DNA of 63,579 nt, filler included, from Collodictyon triciliatum (Eukaryota), in the NCBI GenBank assembly GCA_043381765.1. It is 4 parts of 3 records of this genome, joined end to end, with 100 filler letters (N's around TTAATTAATTAA, not from the genome) between each part and the next. Parts side by side here need not be neighbours in the genome. Positions count along the whole stretch, not along the records: positions 11,658 to 35,599 come from JBHJMP010000877.1; positions 35,700 to 60,680 come from JBHJMP010000882.1; 2 more parts are not named here. One strand, given 5' to 3'. Positions 12,030 through 36,142 of this stretch are shown piece by piece. Position 1 is the stretch's first letter. Each line of letters starts with the position of its first letter. A program made the position numbers and the translations under genes. Under the pieces are notes generated by a model, which worked only from the letters and a program-made list of their open reading frames with translations, ran no database searches and was not told the origin of the DNA.

Positions 12030-15000
12030 ATGACCATCCTATCGAATAAGTCGACACGCCTTTCTGTAATCCCGTCGTCCACTTCTGCTCTTAAAGGAAC
12101 AAAGAAGGTATGAAATTCAGCCTCGCCAGAAAATATGGGCATTCTAGAATCACTATGTCGAAACCTGCAGCAAGTTGTTTTTTTCTCCTCCTGTTTTTTT
12201 TTCCAGCCAAATCACTCTTTACTTCCATATTTTCTGATTACCATTATCACAGAATAATCTTTTTTTTTCAATATATGTCGTGCATGTGATTTCCTTTTTC
12301 TCCCTTCAAAAACCATTGAACCATCGCTCGCAATCTCTTAAACTTTGGCCACCTTTTAAGTGCCTAATATCTGAATATATTCCATTAGAAAATCATTTAA
12401 TATAGGCGTAACTATCAAAAGCTACTAAACCCGATTGACATGTCATAAACGACTGCTTTTTCTACAAAGTCGACTTAATCAAATTGGTTTTCTCCCTCTC
12501 TCTCTTTTTAATCAACGTAGATTACGCCTTTTGTGAAGAAAGCTACTGTCAGCTCGAGACCTGCGGTGGCTTTCCAAATATTCGAAGATTCTTGCAAGGA
12601 AAATAGTGCATCTATTGTTGCCTCTGATATGAAACCGAATATAGCCGTCGTAAAAAAATCGCTGAATCTAAACAAAACCGACACGAACAGAAAAGTAAGT
12701 CGGGGTTTATATTTCAACCAGGATTGTTTCTCATATCCTCATTTTCAAATATACACTTTTTCGAAGGCGACCGTTTCGCCAATATTTTGGTTTAATTTCT
12801 ATCTGCTATTTCACAGACCTTATCGTTCGCCATGAAGTTGAATGATAAGCGCAAAACAGAGAAAGATGACACCATCAAACCGCTCGTTACGGTACTGTGT
12901 AGATTGCATGTTCTTTTTTTGCCCGGACTTTTTCTTTTAATATCATCCAATGTCATTATGTTTTTCTTCGGCTTACCTTTTTTTTTCTTCCATTTTCCTT
13001 CTCTTAATCAAACTTTTTACAATGGTCCAGTCTTTGTTTGTTAAAGCTATCATCATTTTTCTTTTTACTATATCATCACAATCTTTGGATATTTTTAAAA
13101 TAGAAAACATCAGAGAATCAGTCCGCTACATCTGCGCTGTCAATCAAAAAAATAAAGTCTGATTTGGGCAGCCCAGTTTGTCTTTGTGTTGAAATTCAAA
13201 CCGACATGTCTGCGCAAGATATCGAGAAACAAAAGTAACAAAACAAACAAAAAAAAGCACTATTCTCCTCACACTACTCGAATGTATGGTTGAATACACA
13301 CAAAATATATGATTTCTCATTTTTGTCGTTAATATGATGTTATAGCAGTGCCCTAAATATTGCTATTCATTTGCGCACATGTATAAATACATGCTTTTAC
13401 AGAGAAGAATTGGTCTCTTTGAAAGCTGAGCATCGCATGGCTGAGAGCAAACACCAGGAAGCCGCTATGTCCCTTGAGGTTACTCCTAGAATTGAACGGC
13501 ATATCAAATATATATTATCACATAATACCGAAAACAGTACTCATTTATTTACTATATAGCACATATTATATTTCTGGTTTTTAATTGCTTAAATTTTGCC
13601 TTGCGTCCAGGCAGAGAAAATCAAATCGGAGGTCTTGATGTACGAGAAAAAACACATGGTAGCTCGTTTGGAAATAAAGCTTAAGGAGCAGGCGGACTAT
13701 TTCCACAAAGTAGAAAAAAATATTTTTCAGCTGGCTCGTTCATCCGTTGAATTATCTATTCTGAAATGCCACCTGATTCTCATATTTGCGTACAGGCCGT
13801 AAAAGTATCCGATCATATGGATTGATTGAATCTGAGCGTTTTCTTCTTCTTTTTGAATAGGTTGAACAGATTGTGGAAAATCACGAAAGCCTTCAAGAAC
13901 AGCTGGCGGAATCTGAAAACTGCAACATATACTTGACTTTTCTGAATAAGGTATTTTTCTTTCTACAATTACATCAACTTAGTAAAATAGCCTTTGGCGC
14001 ATGCATTCTCAATCCAGATAATAGAGTGATATATAAGCTTTACTCTTACTCATTAGTGATGATTTTTATTTTTATTTTTCTTGGGAATGTCATCCCAAAT
14101 AGATGCACGAGGAGACGTCACAAAGTTTGCAATCCTCGATAGCACCAAAACAGACAGTGAATGTCGGAGTCCAGTATCAAGCGCCCCATAAATCGGAAGG
14201 GATTCAAGCGATAACTCAAGACATGTATATGACAACTTGCGCTCTTAAAGAAACCAGAGACAATGTCGCCGGTTTGAAGTTTACAAACGAGCTTCTTGTT
14301 CAAAAGGTGGTCAAACGTTATATTTGCAATTATTATTTTTCATGTTTTTTTGCTTTCGCATAGCTTTGATTCCCTCCTCCCAACAGACCCACACACATTC
14401 ACACATATTCTAGAGGTTTATTTTGAGAAAGAGAACTTTTGTTTAAAATCTTAGTGAATGACTAGGACCAGACAACTTATTTTCATCTTAGTGCCTCGTT
14501 GCATTTGCGCTAGTAATGGCCCACATCTGACCGAAGCCAATATTCGCTCATTTATATATGCAGATTTCTGAAACACAGGAGCGTTCTGACGAGGCCATTG
14601 AAGCACTACGACGAAAGAACGAAGTAAACAGTCCAATCTACATGATTTCTTTCAGACCGCATATCCATCTCTTCAAAGTCACGTGTGCCCAATCGACCAA
14701 AACGTCTCGGATGGCTACCAACTTCTACATATATTTTTTACTTCGTAACCTTTAATCTCCCTTGAAACGCGCTGACTACTGAATCAACTGCAGGATATGC
14801 AACACAAGTACAACAGCGAGATACGTGGCTGGAAGGAAATGCTTGCGTCCACTCTGCAAGACCTTCAGGTTGACATAGCCAACTACTTTCACGTCGTCAT
14901 CTCCTTCTATATTCTATCTCCTTCCGCAATACTCCATCCCATACAAACTCCGTGGCACCACCCGCCCGAGCCGCCATGCCTCTGCATTCGTTCGCGCCGA

Positions 15001-15268
15001 GGCCAACCAACTTCCCAATTGTCTTGTCTGCTAAACTCGTCCTTGCTTTCCTCACCCCAAACCTCGCACGGCCAAGCAGAGGACGATGGACAGCAGCGTT
15101 GTTGAATACCAGCAGAAGATTCGGCATCTTGAGGAGGAGCTGAAGCAGGAGCGGGACATGTCTCGTTCTCTGGTGCGGCGGCTTTGTGACGCGGGCCTTG
15201 TCGAACCAGAAGGCGTCCCCGGAAATGGCGCTGCTTCGTCTTCGTCGTCTTCTCCTTCTTCAGACTGA
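12030..15268 (+). CDS. Multi-exon coiled-coil protein with N-terminal ABBA-like motif and KEN box; unknown family
   Basis: ATG at 12030 (MTILSNKSTRLSVIP...KK|gtatga). Exons with GT-AG ends encode FQIFEDSCKEN, then heptad-rich EELVSLKAEHRMAESKHQE, ...RLEIKLKEQ, ...EALRRKNE, and end YQQKIRHLEEELKQERDMSRSLVRRL...SD*. Confidence 0.65.
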
Positions 15269-15717
15269 ACGCTCTGCTATGACTCTCCTTTTCTCTTTCA
15301 TTTGGAATGGGACTTGAACAAAGATAATAATGAATGTCCTCCATGCGATTGGTCTCTGCTCCCATACGAACATCCCTCTGGCTGCACCGAATGATTCTGT
15401 GTTATCTTCAAAATACAATGAGCCACGCACACAAAGAATCATGAAAGATCGTGGAAGAATATACAAGCCAAAGACGAAGCCCTAAACCCGCCACTGGTTT
15501 ATATAAGAAGAAAACTGATTTCAAATACAAAGCAAAAACAATAATCAGCTGTTGTCCCGAGTTACCTGTAAGAGAGTTGCCTGCCCCTCGTGTAGTTTTT
15601 TGATCGGTTCCTACGCGTCGCGCCTCTGCAGGGTTCTGTTTTGACTGGGTGATTTCTTGCAATTGAAGTGGGAAGCGTTGAACTGTCTAATTACCTATTT
15701 TTTTTTTTCCCTTAGCT

Positions 15718-20897
<5,180 letters not shown>

Positions 20898-21703
20898 CTG
20901 GATAATTTATTCGATTCCATCGCAGCTGCTATTTGATAACGGTGCATGTGGCGTGAATCCCGTAATTTAGGCTAGTGCAAATTAAGTCTCCAAACCCCCC
21001 TTACCTAGGATACCTTTGAGCCATATGTGCATGACCAGATAAACCCAGTCGGTATGTTGAAAAAGATAGATGAATTCAATAGAGTCGTCGAGGTTAGTGA
21101 ATCGTTCAGATAAGTTTCGTGAAAAAAAATTATTATGTGATTGCTTTCTNNNNNNNNNNNNNNNNNNNNNNNNNNNNNNNNNNNNNNNNNNNNNNNNNNN
21201 NNNNNNNNNNNNNNNNNNNNNNNNNNNNNNNNNNNNNNNNNNNNNNNNNNNNNNNNNNNNNNNNNNNNNNNNNNNNNNNNNNNNNNNNNNNNNNNNNNNN
21301 NNNNNNNNNNNNNNNNNNNNNNNNNNNNNNNNNNNNNNNNNNNNNNNNNNNNNNNNNNNNNNNNNNNNNNNNNNNNNNNNNNNNNNNNNNNNNNNNNNNN
21401 NNNNNNNNNNNNNNNNNNNNNNNNNNNNNNNNNNNNNNNNNNNNNNNNNNNNNNNNNNNNNNNNNNNNNNNNNNNNNNNNNNNNNNNNNNNNNNNNNNNN
21501 NNNNNNNNNNNNNNNNNNNNNNNNNNNNNNNNNNNNNNNNNNNNNNNNNNNNNNNNNNNNNNNNNNNNNNNNNNNNNNNNNNNNNNNNNNNNNNNNNNNN
21601 NNNNNNNNNNNNNNNNNNNNNNNNNNNNNNNNNNNNNNNNNNNNNNNNNNNNNNNNNNNNNNNNNNNNNNNNNNNNNNNNNNNNNNNNNNNNNNNNNNNN
21701 NNN

Positions 21704-24001
21704 CTTTATGAGTCTCTAAGTCCCACAAACGCACTGTCGTATCAGCCCTATACATAAAGGTATACAGTTATTATTTCCATCAGAGTATTTGTGTACGCTT
21801 GTGCACGCACATTTGCTTCTTTTGTTAACTCTGGAAAAAAGTGCGGGGTTATAAAGAACATTAAAGAATATGAAATCAAGATGTTAAAAATATGCAAAAG
21901 AATTAAAACCCCGAGGAGGTGATGTATCGGCCAGATGGATGAAAAGCAACATCAGTCACACGATCCATATGTCCTTTCAAGATATGCAAAGGCGAATCGC
22001 TTCCGAGAAAAGACCGTCGAGATGTTAGTAAATTATCATATAGGGAATCAATTAATGTTTGGGAGCATAAGTTTTAGTATGATGCAAGAGAAACCTCTCA
22101 AGTGACCACATGTTTATGGTGGAGTCTGACGAGGATGAGACAAAATTCAAGAGGCTCGAGCTCTGCGAAATCATCGCTTGTGGGTGGAAATCAAGGCCTG
22201 TGATACGTCCGGTGTGGCCTTTTTTTTTTTTTTTTAAGGTGATGGTGATGGTGATGGTGATGATGGTGATGATGGTGATGATGGTGATGATGGTGATGAT
22301 GGTGATGATGGTGATGATGGTGATGATGATGATGATGATGATATAAAAATAGATCCGGGGTAAATAGCTAAAGTGGTGATATATTTGAAAGAAAAAGAGC
22401 TCAAAATCTTGTTAAGGAAAAATTAAAGTTTATAACGGTTACTATTTGATTTTATTGTAAAAGTGGTGTATAAACCTTTGTAAACCCTCTCGGCTGTTAT
22501 GGAATTTATATCCCACAGTTTAATTAGTGAAGACCAAGAGCCCACAAGAAACTTTTTGGAGTTAGGCGAAAAAACACAAGAAGAGAGGGGGCGATCATCG
22601 CCATATTGACTGCTTTGGTTTGTTGCTGTCTAATGAAACATACTTTGTGTTACTTTGTCACGATTGAATTATAATATTTTCAAAGAGTAAAAAAAAAAAA
22701 AAGCAGAAAAAAGTGAATGGTAGTCATAGGATTAGCAACTTATAAATCCATGTGTTTTGTCAAGTATATGTACCAGAGTGAGAGATAACAAGCTTTCAAG
22801 AAAACGGGTCACTTTGTGGTCAATCATTCACATTCCATAGGCATGGTTGGTATAAAATTGTGAATGGAAAACCAAGGATGCCGATTAATAGAGTACCTTG
22901 ATCATTTGATGATGTTGGCGAATTTTGATCTCCTCGGTCACAGAAGAATTGGGTTGCTCTATTCTTCGTTTCTTTTGGGCCTCAAGTCTCTCGCTGGCCC
23001 TATACAAAAGAAGGTAATATGAACATATGATAATAGGTGATTGGGTGCGAATATGAATAGATAAATATATATTTATACTTGAGAGCTAGAGTAAAATGAT
23101 GTCATATAAATATTAGAAAAGCTTGAGAGAAACCTCGGTATTGAGTAGTTGGCTATCCAGAGGCGAGCGTTTTTCAGCGCTTTTGTGCCGTGAGTGTAAA
23201 AAACTTCCTTTTTTGATTCGTCTTTGGAGGCATCTGAAGCCGCAGTGCTGTCGCCCGGAAGTGGAGGGAGATCAGTGATGTCCAACTTGACAAGAACATT
23301 ACGCAGACGATCTCTTCTGTCTGCAGGCTGTGAGATGGAGAAATAATTGATTTTGTATTTGCATCACGAGGTTCTTTATTTAATATCGTTCTGTCATAGA
23401 TTGTAACAATAGTTATTCAGAGAAGGAATTGATTAGGTGAAATGAAAAATTTATTGGTAATGCTTAGTGTTCCACACAGAAAGAAAACTACTTCATAATA
23501 CAACTCAAATTACAGAAAAGATTTTGTTTAAAAACGGAATAATGAACTCAGTATTTAAAGCTATTTTTCATCTTATAAACATAAGCATAAACCAGGTCAT
23601 ACGATATAGAAACAGGAATAAACTGAGAATGATGGGAAAAATCATGAGTAAAAAAAAAAAGCACCATGAAAAAGGTTGAATGTATGAATAAAGCTAGTAG
23701 AAAAGAGAGAGGGAGGGAAACTGGTACATGCTGTCAGAAATAGCCACTGATAAAGTCGACTTACATGCTCCCCGAACAGACAGACAGGCTCTCCGAGCTG
23801 CCTCAGGCGTGCCCTAACCTGGCCATCATTTGTCGGCACAACGAGCCCGCGGGCCTTTGCACGCCTCTCAAACTCATCGAGCACCTGCTTGTGTCGTCGT
23901 CGGGCATCTTCGCTAGATTCTGAAAGCTCGTGATAGGATGGCGCTGCTGTTACGTTGATGTTTCCGCTCTTTGCAGCAGTGGCCAACGCAGTGGAAGGTG
24001 T
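21704..24001 (-). CDS. PRPF4: U4/U6 snRNP protein Prp4 (PRPF4), partial; both ends fall in N gaps
   Basis: SFM/PRP4 motif VVPTNDGQVRARLRQLGEPVCLFGEH|PADRRDRLR, then FYTHGTKALKNARLWIANYSIPR, SQYGDDRPLSSCVFSPNSK..LVGSWSS..KLWD, and WD40 exons HMDRVTDVAFHPSGRYI and ADTTVRLWDLET. Confidence 0.92.
22239..22343. repeat. (GATGGTGAT)n intronic microsatellite
   Basis: Direct inspection. Confidence 0.93.
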
Positions 24002-24134
24002 CTTTGTGTCATGTCAAAGAAATCATACATGCGTGAGTAATGTAAACAAAACACAAAAATAAAAAAACGAAACGAAACGAAAAACACACAGACCAAAATA
24101 TAGATATAACAAAAAAAAAAACTCTGAACCCAAA

Positions 24135-24241
<107 letters not shown>

Positions 24242-25578
24242 AATATAAACAGCTAAAGGGATAGGAAGGGTCAGAGAGAAAGAAAGAGAAGAAAAAAGGA
24301 AAACGCGAGAAGAGCGAGAGTAGCGAAAGTAAAAAAAAAAAAANNNNNNNNNNNNNNNNNNNNNNNNNNNNNNNNNNNNNNNNNNNNNNNNNNNNNNNNN
24401 NNNNNNNNNNNNNNNNNNNNNNNNNNNNNNNNNNNNNNNNNNNNNNNNNNNNNNNNNNNNNNNNNNNNNNNNNNNNNNNNNNNNNNNNNNNNNNNNNNNN
24501 NNNNNNNNNNNNNNNNNNNNNNNNNNNNNNNNNNNNNNNNNNNNNNNNNNNNNNNNNNNNNNNNNNNNNNNNNNNNNNNNNNNNNNNNNNNNNNNNNNNN
24601 NNNNNNNNNNNNNNNNNNNNNNNNNNNNNNNNNNNNNNNNNNNNNNNNNNNNNNNNNNNNNNNNNNNNNNNNNNNNNNNNNNNNNNNNNNNNNNNNNNNN
24701 NNNNNNNNNNNNNNNNNNNNNNNNNNNNNNNNNNNNNNNNNNNNNNNNNNNNNNNNNNNNNNNNNNNNNNNNNNNNNNNNNNNNNNNNNNNNNNNNNNNN
24801 NNNNNNNNNNNNNNNNNNNNNNNNNNNNNNNNNNNNNNNNNNNNNNNNNNNNNNNNNNNNNNNNNNNNNNNNNNNNNNNNNNNNNNNNNNNNNNNNNNNN
24901 NNNNNGTTCTCTTTCGAGCATATACAAACCTCTTTTCATCCTCATCTTTCTTAGTAAAGAATCCCGGGCATATTGAAATGGTATGCTGCGTGCGTATCCA
25001 AGATAGTATCTCTTTTGAATGAATCTTTACGAAACATAATCATGAATAACAATTTTGGTTATGAATTTGTGTGAATGTTTGCTGTATTGAATACTAAGTT
25101 TTGCTCACATCCGCTGGGTGATAACAACAGGTGACGAAAGCAACACTGACCATCGCATCCAAACCTCTTCAATTGAATGAAGCAACTGCTATCTTGACCA
25201 CACTATACAAGTTTGGGTCAATCATTATCGTGATTTGAGCCATATTTCATTTTCTAATTCCTCCCGATGTACTGAGCGATTGCCCCTTCGTCATACTCGC
25301 TGCTTACTATGAGAACTAAAGGATTTCTATTTTGTTGGCAGTGTATCTGGAAACTTTGCTGGGTCTGCGAGACTCCTAAATCTCAATCAAAATCTATGCA
25401 ACATCGTCCGTACTTGTCGAAAAGTAAGCATGAACCTTTCATACCAGTAGAGCAGAACCAGAGAGGAGCAGATAATTTTTTATTTTTTCATGAAGAACCG
25501 ATGATTGGCATCTGATGTCTTTGGCAAAGATGAAATCTACGACGCTATAATTTGAAATGTGTATTGTTCTTTAGCTTC

Positions 25579-25628
<50 letters not shown>

Positions 25629-26417
25629 NNNNNNNNNNNNNNNNNNNNNNNNNNNNNNNNNNNNNNNNNNNNNNNNNNNNNNNNNNNNNNNNNNNNNNNN
25701 NNNNNNNNNNNNNNNNNNNNNNNNNNNNNNNNNNNNNNNNNNNNNNNNNNNNNNNNNNNNNNNNNNNNNNNNNNNNNNNNNNNNNNNNNNNNNNNNNNNN
25801 NNNNNNNNNNNNNNNNNNNNNNNNNNNNNNNNNNNNNNNNNNNNNNNNNNNNNNNNNNNNNNNNNNNNNNNNNNNNNNTATTTTTGGCTTTACTCTGTAT
25901 CAATTTTGGGATTCTTTGTAGATTCGCCGTGGGACTGCTGCCATCGACCCGGAAGATTTGCGAGGAGTCATCGATGATTGCGCCAAGCTCTTGAAGGGTG
26001 TGTTGTGCCTCCCAACAAGAGATATCCTTGCGGCGGTATCTACAGTCTCTGCAATTACCCCAAAGTAAGCATGCGGCCCTTCTGCTGAGATTTGTTGTGG
26101 TAGACTCGTGCCAGTTCTCGAGAAAGAACAGAGAATGTGCCTTCTGATTTTACCGACAATAAAGAGAAAATCATGACAATGCCGCTGGATGGGTAACACC
26201 GAAGTGATCACAAAACAGGGCGCAATTACATAAGACAAGAGCTTCTTTCTTTTCTTTTCTTTTCTTTTCTTTTCTTTTCTTTTCTTTTCTTTTCTTTTCT
26301 TTTCTTTTCTTTTCTTTTTTTCTTTTAACCACTCAAATATATTAAATGAATATATATTTAATAATTATAAATCATTTTCTTTAATTCAATTTTGCGAAGA
26401 TCCTCGCATTCATTCTC

Positions 26418-32782
<6,365 letters not shown>

Positions 32783-33278
32783 CCACTCAGCAGAGAAACT
32801 AAAAAGATGAGAGGAGAACAAAAAAAAAACACAGTTGACAAAACCTACAAGTCTACCAGTGCCAGATATGTGCCAAATGAAGCGAAGTCACTGCCTTCGC
32901 AACAGTTACCTATGCCTTTTGGTGATCAGACACACACAGCTGTGTCTTTGATTGTTTTTAAGCCCTAGTCGGCCTTGATCGAGATAATGAAGCCAAAGAA
33001 AAAGAGAGAAGAAAAAAGGAGGGAAAAAAAGTATAGGCGATTAATTGTCTTCCTCTGATTCTAGTGAGGCATATACTTTGTGTTCAATTCGTCATTTCAA
33101 GGGTTTATATTTGGTGGGAGTGGACACAGAGTGCAGCAGAAGAACAACGGCCTGAGCCTCGGAACACCTACGACCACTCAAAACATAATGAAGATAAATG
33201 GCTGACTTGAAGATAATAATCAAGAATAGGAGGAGATGATGAGAGGCGAACAGATAGAAAAGGCTGCGGTGCTTTCGT

Positions 33279-35013
33279 TCAACCGGGGATGTACTGCTGT
33301 GGCACAAGGTTTGATTCCGTGGAAGATAATTGGTGAGACTTTGCCACAGCAAGGTCGAGATTGCACTGTGACAGCAGCATGTACTTCCAAAAGATATAGT
33401 TTTCTCGGGTGATTAAAAACACAAGGGAATAATATATCCCGATTGTTGGGGCGATACAACAAATTGTCATCCAGTAAGCAAACTCTGATTTCCCAGACGA
33501 GTATTCGATTTGTAATCGGCTAAATATCAGTGCCGAAAAGACCAGAAAGAACATCGTGATAAAGACAAAATGCCTGGTAAATCGAGGGAAAAGAGAATTT
33601 CCATCATTTTGATGCCCTTCTTGATTGCGAGAACGTACTAGACGAGAAATCTAAATCCCAAGAAAAAAGAAAAAAGAAAAAAGAAAAAAGAAATAAGAAA
33701 TAAAAAAGAAAAGGGGAAATTGTATTTGAGTACATTATATCAAAGTAAAGCGCATCCTACAAACCCTAATTTAGTCAATATAAATGGCTAAACAAAACAC
33801 ATCAAAATATATCGGATCAGCACAAAATTCATGCAAATATATGTATATATTAAATGATATTACTAATCGAATTTTGTGTATGATAGCTATCCACATGTAA
33901 ACGCCCACAACCCAGTATATCATCATCTGCCCATACAAAGCCGCAACAATCTTTAAAGAGTTTGCGGAGTCAATCCAGCACCTGCAATATTATTAGTGTT
34001 ATTATTTCAAAATGAAATATATTAGCTAAGCTCGGAAATACAATTGAACATCCTACAGAATAAACTGACGAAAAAATATGCTCTGGGATTATCCATATTA
34101 CCAAAATCCGCTATCCTCATAATAATCTAAGAAGAGAAGGAGAAGCGCAATTAACCCAGGATATCCCCAACCAATTATGTGGTAGTACCTCGCAAACACC
34201 TTTCATTTGGGTGGGAAGTTGAATGGCGGTGTATCACATAGTTATCTTGTGTAAAGTCTCAAACGGGAAATCGAATTAAAGAGCCCGTTTCAATATTGCA
34301 TGAAAGAAAAGACCGTAAAATGTTAAAAAAAATAATAATTATGTGATGGGGGCATTTACCTCTGTTTTGTCCAGTTTCCCCCGAACAATAGTATTCCATA
34401 GATGAAAGGTAAGCAGAAACCACCACAATGTGCAGCAAGAAGCAAAGTATTCGACCAGAAATCCTTTTCGAGAGCAGTTGATTAAAATGTGGGGGTAACT
34501 GCATGAATCAAGTGATTCCTTTATCGAGTATTTTGAGTGTTACCTTGAACTACGCACCATGGCCCTCCCTCTCTCATTTTTTCGTAACCCACAATCGGGC
34601 TAAGTAAAAATGTTACACTGATAAAGAATGAAGATACTCCGAAGTAGAAAGAAAACACCAGCGATGCCTTTTTCCTGAAAAGAGTAAACAACACGAGAGA
34701 AAGGATTGTTAGTTACAAGTGAAATAAAGGAAGGCTTATCTTTCATTTTCTCTACAAATTTTTTTTAAATAGCAATTTTTACTAATAATTTCTTTTTGTT
34801 TTCAATTTTTAAGAGTTTACCCAGAGGCTTACTCACTCTTTTGAATATTTTACAAATAATGTCTAATAACCTGGATTCTGCATTGTAGTAGTTTGTAAGA
34901 AGGGCTAATGAAGACATTACAGTCGAAAGGGATGCAAGAATCTATATGGTCTCCTGCAAGAATTTTACTTGGCTGTCATCGAGGTCTTCAAGTGGGTCGC
35001 TCTTTTCAGCCAT
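33279..35013 (-). CDS. 7TM GPCR-like protein (Frizzled/Smoothened-like without CRD, or cAMP-receptor-like family)
   Basis: Spliced translation: MAEKSDPLEDLDDSQ|ILASLSTVMSSLALL..|SLVFSFYFGVSSFFISVTFLL..WCVVQG|FLVEYFASCCTLWWFLLTFHLW..|YYHIIGWGYPGLIALLL..|CWID..|HFVFITMFFLVFSALIF..CIAPTIGIYYSLVFLITREN..W. This gives seven hydrophobic segments with the typical TM3 Cys and the extracellular-loop CWI. Confidence 0.78.
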
Positions 35014-35244
35014 TCGACTAAACGCGTTGACTTTGTCTTCAGTTGGCTATTCTTTCGTACTTTCTGTCAGCAGCTGAAACGATCAGACGTCTTGAAAATA
35101 GATGGGAAAGCCTGGCGTTTCATTTATGCAATATCAGTGAGATATGATGCATCAATGGTATGGTTTAAAATATGAAAGAAGAGAATCAAATATAGGTTGG
35201 AACCCATGAACAGTCTCGACAACTTCCTAACCGGGTGGCTCTCT

Positions 35245-35599
35245 CCTCTTTTTTTTCCTCTTTCTTTCTCTTATTTTCTTTCTCTCTTTTTCTCTCTCCT
35301 CTTTTTTTTCCTCTTTCTTTCTCTTATTTTCTTTCTCTCTTTTTCTCTCTTTTCTCTCTTTTTTCTCTTTTCTCTCTTTTCTCTCTTTTCTCTCTTTTCT
35401 CTCTTTTTTCTCTTTTTCTCTTTTTTCTCTTTCTTTTTCTCTCTCTTTTTCTCTCTCTTTTTCTCTCTCTTTTTTCTCTCTCTTTTTTCTCTCTTATCTC
35501 TCTTTTCTCTCTTTTCTCTCTTTTCTCTCTTTTCTCTCTTTTCTCTCTTTTCTCTCTTTTCTCTCTTTTCTCTCTTTTCTCTCTTTTCTCTCTTTTTTC
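35245..35599. repeat. (TTTTCTCTC)n pyrimidine-rich repeat at scaffold end
   Basis: Direct inspection. Confidence 0.93.
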
Positions 35600-35699
35600 N
35601 NNNNNNNNNNNNNNNNNNNNNNNNNNNNNNNNNNNNNNNNNNNTTAATTAATTAANNNNNNNNNNNNNNNNNNNNNNNNNNNNNNNNNNNNNNNNNNNN
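35600..35699. other. Artificial scaffold-joining spacer (N44-TTAATTAATTAA-N44)
   Basis: Same construct as at 11558-11657. Confidence 0.95.
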
Positions 35700-36142
35700 C
35701 CACCAAAGTAGTATTCCCATCCTCTTCCGCTCCCCTCTAAACATAATCAAGCCCGCTACTTTCCCTCTCCCAAGGACTTCACCACAAGTCCTATCCTGGA
35801 AGGAATCTCTGGGCCTCTTATCAAGCCCCAGGGTCTTTACTTCCTTTCCTATTCCTCTTCATCCTCTTTCTCTTTTTTATCTTTTCCCCATCTCTACACT
35901 ATTCTGATGGCACATCCGCCATCACTTTTCTTTTTAACTCGGAATACTTGCTTGGTGGTTGAAAAAAAGATTGTTGGCACGGGTGTCAACAGCCAGGTCT
36001 ACCGTAAATAAAATGACACATTTCTTTGATTTTTTATGCTTTATGATTAAAATCATATCGATCTGATTGTTAATTAAGAAGCATATGACCTGATCTTCGG
36101 TGCTATATGTTTGACGTTAGTTTTAGGTATCAGGAACTCCTT

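Noticed and set aside
24906-26240. Possible small exons between PRPF4 and CPSF2 (e.g. minus-strand HTISICPGFFTKKDEDEK)
   Set aside because: Fragmented by gaps with no recognisable homology; cannot be assigned to PRPF4 or to a separate gene.
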